NCBI GenBank assembly: GCA_010093605.1
Contig: MU004185.1
Location: 889,334-953,333 of the forward strand
Reading direction: 5' to 3'
Source of the DNA: Lophium mytilinum
Lineage: Eukaryota
DNA: 64,000 bases
In this document: positions 13,093 through 23,367 of the stretch, one piece after another
Layout: every line of letters starts with the position of its first letter
Position numbering within the stretch: position 1 is the first letter of the stretch
Translations under genes and position numbers: made by a program
Notes under the pieces: model-generated
Databases searched by the model: none
Seen by the model: only the letters and a program-made list of their open reading frames with translations
What the model was told of the DNA's origin: nothing

Positions 13093-15248
13093 ATGTCTGA
13101 TGCCTTGGTGCAGCTAGCAGAGAATGTTGTTCTTCTTCAAAGGCTCAATCCGGAGCCAGGAAAAGCTGGTACGAACTCGCCCCCAGATCTGCCGTCTGGT
13201 AGAAGGACGTTGAGTATGAGACATGAGCAAGCTATACTGGAAAGCCTTTCTTTTCTGCTGGCGTCGAGCGATAAACCTGATCGTATCTTAGCTCTCTGCA
13301 TTGAGGAGAAACGCAATCCTCCTGGTATGATCCTGAGCTATGCCGTAAACATCGACGGTCAAGAGGTTCTCCGAGTTGGAATCAACGGAATCACGAAAAT
13401 ATTGGAAGCCGAATCTTATGGTGTGTTTTCTCTGCGGATATGCCAAATGCACCATTGCTTACATATTCTACAATAGAACATGACGAAAGAAACGGTATAG
13501 CACTACGAGACCAGATAGTATCACACAGTCAGTCCCGATTGCTTCGTCGGCTCGACTCAAAACATCAACTAGCTTCACAAAGAAAGTTAACCCCCAAAGT
13601 TTCTGTGGCTATACTTCTTCGCAGAGCTCTTGAAAGCATCATAAGTAGCCACAGAGCCCTGCCTCGCGATCATGAGGCTTTGTGGCCGCTAGCAAGGAGT
13701 CTCGAGAATCACCATCTACGCCTCGAGAAGTTACCCACAAAGAAAGCTCGATCTCAGGAAGGTCTCTCACTGCTGAAGGGCATCTTGGAAACGTCAGCAA
13801 CTATATGCACTTACCACACGCATGGGTTGAAAAGTGTCCTAGATCTCATCCCGTCAAAGGCGCCGTGGGACGCAAGCACAAAAGCGAATTTGACCCGCAA
13901 AATTGAGAAACTAGGTCATTACCATTCTGCAACTGATTACCTTCTCTCAGCTGCTTCTCGATTCTCGATCTTTCACTCTATAGAGGTACAATATGTCCCG
14001 CTTCGACCCGCCGATCTGAGGAATGGAAGCATCAACTCGAACACCCCCGGCCTATTGAGTCGCTATCTACATGGTCAAGCGACTGCAATCGATGACGCTG
14101 CAGTCAAAAGATTACGTCAGCGAAATCTGATCGACCTCACAGCAGTCCGAGACCAGGTTCAAAATCAGGTTCGAAAGACCCAGTTCAGAGTCCACGCAGA
14201 GATGAAGCTTTTGCTGTATTACGAGCGACAACAAAGCAAAGATTGCATCCCTCCACGTGTAATAGTCTCGAGCAAAAGTGCTTGCTTTCTGTGCGATCTG
14301 TACTTCAAACTCCATGGCGGCTTCTATATGCCCAAGACGCATGGGACGCTCTATGAGAAATGGACACTCCCGGATATGGACCAACTAGAATTGCTTCCAC
14401 CACGAAAGAGAGAGAACTTGGACAGTGTTTTGGTAAAGCTGAATACTGATATCGAACGAAGGATTTTTGAGTCTATTGAGGCGGGACCATTGGCCCGGGA
14501 GCACCCTAATGAGAGCATGATTTTTTCATTTCCTTCTTTCACATCACCACCCGTCTCAGCTACATCTACGAACAGACCACAGTCAGAAGCCCCTGATCAA
14601 GAACAGGCTACCGATGATTTTGATCCTCTAGGATCAAGAGTTACGAACCTCCGGACGACTGTCAGCGACCCGGTGGTCTCGAATTCTCTTCTGAGTAGCC
14701 ACAATCAGCCTGGGCTATCGCGTCTGGATGAAGTCAGCAGTCAGGAAGCCAAGGATGCTGTGGCCGTGCCGCTACGAACAGACTCTATGTTCAGCCCGCC
14801 GCCGTTCATTCCCTCACCAACTCTTCGCTCTCAAAATGACCTCAGCGTGGAGCTCATCGCATCCAAAGAGATAATCCACCTAAGTCCAGGTATCATCCAT
14901 CGCCGCATTCTCACAGAAGATTCCCCTCCAATCAGATTCCACAGTCAGCATATACATGTTGAGCTTTCCCGCTCGTGTACCGAGCATCTTCTCTCCCTTG
15001 ACACGGACTCTGAAAGCAGCGGGACAGCCGAGAGGGCTGACCTCTGCGTTGCTGTAGAGCTGTTCACACCGGACCGGGCATCAAGGGCTGTCGATGATCT
15101 TGACCCGTACATCGTGGACATGAGATCAGACTGGAAGAAGTTGAGCGCCCCGAGCGGTGCCATGTACACCCCACACGGGTTGTTGTTACGGAAAAGGGGC
15201 GATGTAGTTGCTCTTAGAGTGGACCTGGATTACAACACCTTGTCATAG
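13093..15248 (+). CDS. OTT_1508-like Zn-dependent nucleic-acid deaminase family protein
   Basis: Exon 1 13093-13420, intron 13421-13476 (GTGTGT...TAG), exon 2 in frame to 15248. Contains VHAEMKLLLYYE (His codon at 14193), PPRVIVSSKSACFLC and THGTLYEKWTLP, the HxE...SKxxCxxC pattern of fungal OTT_1508-type deaminases. Confidence 0.8.
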
Positions 15249-16155
15249 AGAAGTGTGCAACGGTCTGCCGTTGCTTGAGGGGCCTCAAAGTATTTTCAGC
15301 GTTCGGAATCAGGGAAAAATACGGCATTTGGACAACTAGTAAGCCCACGAAGCTATTCCAGACAGCGTCAGCATGGTGTACGCAGATTGAAAGTGGTTTC
15401 CGCTGCCGTCGATTTCTAATAGTAAAGTAACAAGTCATTAACTTGGGCACGTGGATATGTCACTGCTCTACCTCCACTCTTGCTCGCTGGATACCATTGT
15501 AAGGAGTGCCCGAGGTAGCAGGTGATACTTTAGACCAAAGGTAGCTTAGTATCCATTACATTGGGAAATTCTACTGAACACTCCAGTAAGAGGTACACGA
15601 ACTTGGCCGGACTGGTGTCCGCGGAAGACTTGGAAACTACAACGCATTCACCTCGCAAGTACCGTATGTTTCCTCCAGAAGGCAGACCAGTATATTCGAG
15701 ACCGCAACAGGGGCGCTCACGAGACTGAACGGAAACTGACGCGTCTTTTTCTTCATAGCGCTGCCGTCTAAGTAGAGAATTCGATTTCCGGAAGCCGGTC
15801 TCTGAGTACGTCTACGAGAAAACCATCAAAGAAGAAGCAAATGAGGATACCCTCTTGAGAACCTCGCTTCCATTCGATATAAAAAAACTTGTCCCAGTCG
15901 TCTCCGGTCCTCAGTTATGAGGATCCCTGTAGTATTCTCAGCATCCCAAATAAGAGAGAAGTTTGGCATTTTGAACATTATGGCGAAGAATAAAGTAGCA
16001 GGATTAAAGGAATACGAGGGACCGCCAGTGTTCCGTGCTCCGCCGTCATGCCGCAGGCTTCCATATGAGCCCATTGATTGTAGCTCACCACTCAGCTATG
16101 ACGAGACGAATAGCCACGTCCACTGTAAGCCCACTTCAGGCCTAATATGCTTTGG

Positions 16156-16902
16156 TCATTTTAAAGACTCATCATCGTCCACATCAAACGGCTTGAAGGT
16201 CCTCAAAGCCTCAAGTGCCCTTTCTTCCTCATCTTCATCCGCTACTTCTTTGTTTTGAATAATCTTAGTGGTCGCGTTGAGAAACCTTTCGTACTCCTCT
16301 GACTCGACTTCGTCGCCCTCCTCCTCCTTTAAAACATGACCGGAGATGGGATCTGACCATTCCGTCTCACAAGGCGTGGTCTGCGGGTCCGCACTGCCTC
16401 GTCGCTTAGCCAAAATGCCTCCTAATGTGTGCGGCGTAGCAACTTACCGGTAGCTCCATGATTTCACTCCTCTCCTCCCGCCGTGCCCATGCGCCTCGCA
16501 GTTCGTGAGAAGGGTTTTGAGCTCCTTCACACACTCTTCTTTCTTGAGCACGTCTGACGTGCGGTCGACTAAGGAGATCTGGAACCACCACTGCAAACCC
16601 TTATTCTGGTAGTAGACTGGGAGCCACGGCCTATCCTTATCCGGTTTGTGGTCTTTGTCACCCTTCACTCTGATGGTCGGATAGGTGCGACATGCACCTC
16701 GCATCGGACGGGTAGCGTTGAACGTTGCGGAGCCAAGTTGAGTCAACAGATGGTCGCAGACGCTTGGTAGGCTAGCCTTGACTAGCTCCAAGGCGTAAGC
16801 GTACTCGCCGCTGTGGTAACAGTAGGTCCATTCATCAGGAGCTTTAGCAAGCGCAAGGGGCCAGGTGAGAGTGATGAAAGTAAGAATGTTGAAGTTCTTC
16901 AT
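16156..16902 (-). CDS. Small secreted Cys-containing protein (effector-like) with an acidic C-terminal extension
   Basis: ATG at 16902, signal peptide MKNFNILTFITLTWPLALA. Intron 16394-16447 (GTAAGT...GCTAAG...CAG) joins ...NCEAHGHGGRRGVKSWSYR to ADPQTTPC and a D/E-rich tail. Six Cys in the mature domain. Confidence 0.75.
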
Positions 16903-18765
16903 GTTGAAGGGATGATTTTCGCGAACGAAGAATCTGCGATGTCTGGGTTTGATATTGGAGGGCACTGGAACGAGTCGCAAGTGCAGGAGGCGCTGAGGAA
17001 GGGCTGGGGCGACGGGGTTAATAGAGTATCTTATTATAGCTAGAGCCATGGTTTACCTAGTGCCCAGCTGTCATCTAAAGTGTGGCTCATGATAAACGCA
17101 TTATCGTTTCTGGGATGGGCCGTCGAATGTGGAGTGGTTTGAAAAGGAAGAGACTAAGTATAGTCACCAGAAAAGCACTAACCACGGAAGAGACTGTGGG
17201 CTAGACGTACGGAACTGTAAGCTAGACAATGTGTGGGTCAAAGAAAGAGTGTTGTGGTGAGCGTGGAGAAGTGGGCTATTGAGCAGCGCAAAGACAAATT
17301 GAGTTACCACTTATAAAGTTACTAGACAAAGATGGGCTTGATACCGTAGTTGATAAAGTTGAACATTCAGAGTAAAGGTCGTGCAGTCTCCTAATCGACT
17401 TCGTTGACTACTTGTAGATGTGTTCTTCGGGTCAATTGAAACTACATTGAGGCATTTGAGATCTAACGTGCGCAACTAAGAAAACGTCCAGTTCCCGAGC
17501 CTATGCGAATCGCAACGATTGCGGTATCTCATTGCTGGTATGGACTATGCAAACAACTACACGGTCTTTGGGTAGCCATTCATCTATGAAGAGCCTAGAT
17601 ATTGTCGTTCCTAGGGACAAATCTATTCTCCGCTCCGGCTACGTCAGCCTGCCATTCATTCTAGGGCACAACTCTAAAAATCGTGACCTAGATCTCGCAA
17701 CAAAGCATGGATGAGATTATAATATCTAGTGCCACGCTTGAAAGAACGCGTATCTTCAAACATGGTGAAAAGTGCGAAGTACTTTGTGCACAGCAAAGAG
17801 ATTGAACTAGACGGAGCGGATCTAGAGCTGTCCTTAGTCTAGTGCGGTCCATAACAGAACAGTTTCTGGTTAGCGAGAAGCATGTCTTTAAGTGGCTTTA
17901 GGAACCCACTCGGTTAGGCCAAACCTTACCATAGATTGGACACAAAATCAAATGGGGGTAGTTAAGGAGTGAAGCAACTGGAATGGAGTGGTTTCTAACG
18001 TCTCCGTTAAACCCAAACTAGCGCCGATTCGGTTAGTCTGTACCATGAGGAGATATTTTTTCAAACATATTTACATGTTTGTTTATTATTCATCTTGCGA
18101 GCTTCAACAAGCTACTTCCAACTCTACTTCCTAGGCTAATCGCCAAATGACTACCAAATAAATTTACCAATACTTGAACCCCTACATTTCTACCCCGCTA
18201 ATAGTTCGACGATGGAAGGACATGGATGCATGCAATAGTACGGCTCCAGTTGCGAGTATATTTCTTGCGCGGGTTGATTAGCAGTTGTCAGGCGTTGTAG
18301 TACTGGCTGGGGTTGCACTGTCTCTTCACTTTCCTAGCTACCCATTATTAGCACGACTATCCATTGCCCCTTTAGCTCTTCGCCTGCGGAAAAGTAGGTA
18401 TCCTAGCGCATCCTGGCTATAACAGCCGCCAGTATCCCACAGTAAGCCTGACTTTCGCACTAGTCAAAAGGCCGCTTATGCTTAAGACAGGCGTTAAGCT
18501 AGCAGTATCAATGGACTGTGTGATCCCTACATCTTGGTGGCGCTTGAAGGGGTCATTCTGTTAGAATTATATCCTCATGCGATTTGTTGGTGCTAATGCA
18601 CTTGTTTGCTCCTTATGCACTATCCATTTTACCCAACCCGCAAACACACGCGGCATAATATTCCCAGGATTTCTCGCACACAACCAGCATTAACTACACC
18701 TATATCATCACATCAAACCTCGTCATCGTCCAATCAAAACGCGGCTGTAGCTCAGCGGTAGAGCA

Positions 18766-18814
18766 GTGAGTGACTTCTACAAACGTGGAAAACAACAAAC
18801 TAACAGCGCCATAG
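18766..18814 (+). other. 49-nt spliceosomal-type (GT-AG) intron inside the tRNA-Cys gene, between tRNA nt 26 and 27
   Basis: Starts GTGAGT, has branch motif ACTAAC at 18799-18804 and ends CATAG. Its removal leaves exactly one nucleotide (A26) between the D stem and the anticodon stem. Confidence 0.85.
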
Positions 18815-18825
18815 TCTGACTGCAG

Positions 18826-18832
18826 TAGTGCT
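18826..18832 (+). other. 7-nt canonical tRNA intron (TAGTGCT) at position 37/38
   Basis: Begins after G37, one base 3' of the GCA anticodon. Its antepenultimate G can pair with C32 (anticodon-intron pair). Removal restores the 7-nt loop CTGCAGA. Confidence 0.85.
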
Positions 18833-18874
18833 ATCAGAGGGTACTGAGTTCGACTCTCAGCAGCCGCTAGAATC

Positions 18875-18882
18875 TTTTTTTT
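18875..18882 (+). terminator. RNA polymerase III terminator (T8) of the tRNA-Cys gene
   Basis: Run of 8 T starting 7 nt after the discriminator base. Confidence 0.85.
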
Positions 18883-19170
18883 GCTCACTAATTCGCGGTC
18901 TGTGTATACCTCGAGTGATATTGGGAGGGATGAGATAAAGGGAATGTGAAAGAGACATGTGTCTTGTTTTTAGTATGAGAAGGTAGCTTCGACAGGTTTC
19001 AGGAGTTCAAAGGGGAATATTTCGAAGTAGAGATATAGTAGTGATAATGATATGACTTCTATACTCTAGCCAAGGTATTTACTCGCCATGTACCGCCTGC
19101 CAGTGCTCCAAAGCAATCAAACACATACAACCCAGGGGTAAGAGCCGTTTCCGCGACACCGAGCAACCAC

Positions 19171-20581
19171 CTATTTGATCTCGGTCTTGCCCAACATATC
19201 TGCCAGCTCGTCGACCTTCTCGTCCTTCTTCTGAGCCACAGGCTCCTCCTCAGCTTTCTGCGTATCTGCCACCTCCCGAGCAGCCTTCTCCTCGACCTCA
19301 ACGCCCTCTTCTTCCTGATCACTCGCAACACCTTCCTCGTCTCCTTCTTCATCTTCATCTTCGCTGTCGAGCTCATCCAACTCATCAAGACCCCAGTTTT
19401 CGTCATCCTCGTCCTCGACTCCGGCTTTCTCCATCCTCGCACTAAGCACCTCCCTCAGAGCATCAATCGCCTCTTCCTCTTCACTGAACTTGTTCCCATT
19501 CAGTTCCACACGTCTTAGCACGGGCAGCTTCTCGACCGCGCCCGCAATGCCTTTGACACCCTGAGCATTGATATCGTTGTACTGCAACCTCAGCACCTCC
19601 AACTTTTGATTCCCACCCTTCTCCAGTGCCGTCGCCAACATGATACCCCCGCGCCCGCTCAGTAAGCAATCCCCCACTCCCAACTCCACCAGCTCCGGCC
19701 AGCGACCCACCACATCGCTCAATGCCCGCGCACCAAGTGCTGTAAAGGTGTTATCCTGTAGATCAAGCACCCGCAATGCCGTAGTCTGTGACAAGCCCTC
19801 TTTCAGCAGATGCGCGATTCCCTCCTGTCGAATCCCATTCTGCACCATCTTGATCTCCCTGACACCCGCATGTGCCGCATACGCCTTCGCCCAGGCTGCC
19901 ATGCTGCCATTTTCAAGTCTGTTACGGCCGCAAATCACAGTCTCGAGGTCCGGGACCTTCTCGCCGGAAGCGCGAGCCGCGGCTTTCTTTTTCGCGAGAG
20001 CGGTCAGGGCGTCGGCGATCAGCACGCCGGCGGCGGGGCCAAGCCCGTTGTTGTTGAGGATGAGGTGGCGCAGGGGCACATGGGAGGCGAGGAAGGCGAC
20101 AAGGGGTGCTTGGGTGTTGAGACCGAAGGCGTTGTCAGAGAGATTAATGGTGTGGAGGTCGGGCAGCGCGAGGAGGGCAGTTAGGAGGGACGATAGGGCG
20201 GGGGGGATCTCGGAGAGGAGGCGGGAGGTGAAGATGTCGGCGAAGTTGACGATCTAGGAAAGGGAGCAAGCTGTCAGCACCTGCTTTGGAGATACTGAAG
20301 AACAAGATAGGGGCTTGTTTCTTAGGGGTAGAGGTAGAGGTAGAGGTATGGGAAGTGTCAAAAATATAGAGCTAGGGCGGTAAACAAACCTGTAACTTCT
20401 TCTTCGTCTCCAGCACCTTCGCCAGTGCCTCTGAGGCGCCTATGCCAAGGGTATTTCCTAGGAATTTGATCTCTTCCACATCATCGTTCTCCCGCAGCGC
20501 TTTGATATGTGGCTCGATGTCCTCAGCGGTATCGAGCTTGAGGCCCTTGCCTTCGAGGGAAAAAATCTTGGTTGAAGCCAT
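19171..20581 (-). CDS. RNA1: Ran GTPase-activating protein 1 (LRR)
   Basis: ATG at 20581 (MASTKIFSLEGKGLKLDT). Intron 20254-20389. Motifs FADIFTSRLLSEIPP, LSDNAFG, LNNNGLGPAAG, ICGRNRLENGS, MVQNGIRQEG and LDLQDNTFT, followed by an acidic tail. Confidence 0.95.
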
Positions 20582-20851
20582 GGCGCAAAGTGGTTCCAAG
20601 AATGAAAGACAAGGTACTTCAAGTTCAAGAGACAGGTGTAGGAACAGCAGTCCGGGGTGAAGGTAATTATGTGTGTTTGTGTGGAAGTAGTGAATTGAGT
20701 GTTGTTGGTGGGGCTTCCCGTTCCAGGCGGCGAACATCCCTGTCGCCTCGGGCATGAATGCCAAGCCGGATGACCTGAGCGACAAGACGACATTTCTGTG
20801 CCTGATTTCCAAGCACCATCAACGAGCTCTCACACTCTTCACACCGTCGCA

Positions 20852-21232
20852 ATGGGCTCAGGACAATCAAGTGAGTATTGGTATATCGAAAGAGTGTATC
20901 AAGAAGCTGAATTAGTCACAGCACCGGCAATGCCACCTCCCGCCACCGCCGCGAATATGGGCGCAGACCTCAAGACACCAGGAACTGAGGCGGCGAAACC
21001 AAAGGTACACATTTCACGCCTGATCACGTCTATCAATCGCATGGCCCCGCGTATTGTTCCGGAAGCTAATCGAATATACTTACAGCCTTGCTGCGTTTGC
21101 AAAGAAGAAAAGAACTCTCGCGACGAATGCATGCTCTTCTCCAAATCCGACAATCCGCAAGGCGAATGCCAGGACCTGGTTTCCAAATACCGGAGTTGCA
21201 TGGCTGGATACGGTTTCCAAATACCCGCTTGA
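20852..21232 (+). CDS. COX17: Cytochrome c oxidase copper chaperone Cox17
   Basis: KPK|PCCVCKEEKNSRDECMLF...CQDLVSKYRSCMAGYGF (CC motif plus twin CX9C). Introns 20871-20921 and 21005-21085. ATG at 20852. Confidence 0.9.
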   Translation: MGSGQSSEYWYIERVYQEAELVTAPAMPPPATAANMGADLKTPGTEAAKPKVHISRLITSINRMAPRIVPEANRIYLQPCCVCKEEKNSRDECMLFSKSDNPQGECQDLVSKYRSCMAGYGFQIPA

Positions 21233-22162
21233 AGGGTGCTGTTTCTTGCTTGTGTGTATGAGCTCTAGCGTTCCGAAGACGCTGTAGATATTGGGTATGG
21301 CATGGTCACGGCGTCAAGCATGGTTTACGGAAGGTGTATATCTAAGATGACAGCGCTGTACATATACTGCTGTACAACAAACGAAGAACATCCGCTCTAT
21401 CCATTGTGTTCAAAAAGATCGGGGCTTGTTCGGCTGTGCTGTAGGTGTAAATGCAGTCGAGTCAATCGTTCAGGTCGAATCAAGTCCGTGAGCCTTTTAG
21501 TAAGTTTGGGTCTACGATAACCCACGCTTTGGTTCAATGTGGTCATCTCTTTGCTCCTATCAAATGTCTGAATCCACCTGGTAATTCGGATATCAACCGC
21601 GCGATATGCTTAATTAGGACCCTGGAATTGGGTATCGTCGAAAAGCATAGACGGGGCCTTCAGCTGTACGAATAACAAGTCAGTATATCCTATCATGAGC
21701 CTAGATCTACTAGAAGCCCCGAGGTCCTTCGGATCCGCGCACCGTCCGATTTTCCCCTCTTAGAATTGAAAATGCTGGACACTTTGAATCGGATCATAGC
21801 AAAGGGCGTTAAGAGGTAGAAACAGGAGCCAGCCCCATGCAATTTTTCACTATATTTGGACATGTTTTTGCCACGACATGCAAACCACGCCTAAGGAGCT
21901 ATGTTATTTCATTCTTTAGCTAGAACTGACACTACACGCAAAATCATACCCAGAGAAATAAAATCCTTCTGGCGTCCTTGAGAAAGGATAGCGGGAGCTA
22001 GTCAAAAAGACCCAAACTGCTTGATACGATCACAGCACTGCTCTATAAATTACATGTTTAGAAATATCCAAATGCCGAAGAGATACAACACCTCTCAGCC
22101 TGCCATGAATGCTAATTTGGTATCAACCCACAAAATCTATCAACCCTACTCCACCGCAAGTC

Positions 22163-23367
22163 TCAATTACGCAAGTTCTGCTCCTCACTTCCTCTTCCAT
22201 TTTCAGCGCCTCCTCTGCCCTCCTCCGCCGCATTACTCTGCGTCTTTCCCTGGTCTGCATGTTTCGCTGGATCGAACACATAAATGGGGAACTCAAGGAA
22301 AATCGTCTGCTTCAGGAAGACGGGCAGCTTCTCGTAAACGCTCGGCTGAAAGGGGATCAAAATGCTCGTACGGTGAAGGTAGTTAGCGTACCCATCCCAG
22401 TTGTCACCCTTTTCGTACCGCTTCTTCGCACCAGGTCGTTCTTGCAGGTTCAATCCGGACACGAACATGAGTAGAGTGGTGAGGAAGATCGGGCCGAGGA
22501 TTGATGCGTAAAGCGCTGATGTCGCGCCGCCGCTTGTGCGGTGGTTGGCGGCTGGGGCGACGGCGATGGTGAAAATGCCTGCTGTTGTTAGAGCGGAGTT
22601 GGAGGGTAACGTGGAGAACATGAGCTTACCGAACTGGATGAGAATTTCGCCAAAGTAGTTGGGGTGGCGTGTATACTTGAAGAAGCCAACGTCGCATACG
22701 GATCCGTCACGGCCATGAGCGGTACGAAAGCGGTACTTTTGGACGTCGGAGACAGATTCCATGATGAAACCAATGAAAAATAGGATTACACCTGCAATGT
22801 CGCAGCCGGTACCGAAGGAGGGCTGCGAGAATTGGGAGACGTTGGGGGAGTTGAGAATTGTGACGGGGAGTGAGACAGTCCAAACCCAGAGCATTTGGCT
22901 AGAGAAGTGTCAGTTTTGAGTGTAGGACGGTTGGCAAGGATTGATATGAAATTCAATAGATGAGTTCTCGAAAGAGGAAGTTGAAAGTGCGGCGAGAAGA
23001 CGAACAAAAAAGGGAGGGGAAGAACATACGCCACCCAAAACCCCAGAAAGGAGAAGAATTTGTCGCGTTTATCGTCAAATCTATCATCTGACCCGGTTTT
23101 CAGAATTCTGAAAAGAAGAAACCCCGAGAGACGTGCTCCCCAAACCATGATGAAGATCGAGGCGATAATGTTGCGTGCATTTCCGCGGTCACCGCCCAGC
23201 GCAAGAGTAATTATGGCAAGGACGACGAAATTTGTACCACCAGCAAAATCAGTCAATTTATCGAATTTGAGACTGTACGCAATGGAGAAGAAAAAGAGCT
23301 GGTAGGCGACTGTGATGAGGAGGGATATGGCGAGGTAGTAGTTGTCCAGGACGTGGACAGGGCCCAT
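22163..23367 (-). CDS. DUF1295 / steroid 5-alpha-reductase-like integral membrane protein
   Basis: FDKLTDFAGGTNF, WGARLSGFLLFRILKTGSDDRFD, WVWTVSLPV, ESVSDVQKYRF and YTRHPNYFGE. Multiple TM segments. Introns near 22899-23029 and 22580-22629. Confidence 0.88.

Larger units (their letters stand above)
18741..18868 (+). tRNA. tRNA-Cys (anticodon GCA) split by two introns; exons 18741-18765, 18815-18825 and 18833-18868, 72 nt when joined
   Basis: Perfect stems: acceptor GCGGCTG/CAGCCGC, D stem GCTC/GAGC, anticodon stem TCTGA/TCAGA with loop CT-GCA-G-A, T arm CTGAG-TTCGACT-CTCAG. Discriminator T73 is the Cys identity base. A-box TAGCTCAGCGG and B-box GTTCGACTC are intact, and a T8 run follows. 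Confidence 0.93.

Noticed and set aside
18700..18888. 62-aa minus-strand ORF over the tRNA, as an alternative explanation for the splice signals
   Set aside because: It is on the opposite strand from the GT-branch-AG signals and is simply antisense to the tRNA. No plus-strand coding exons flank the intron.
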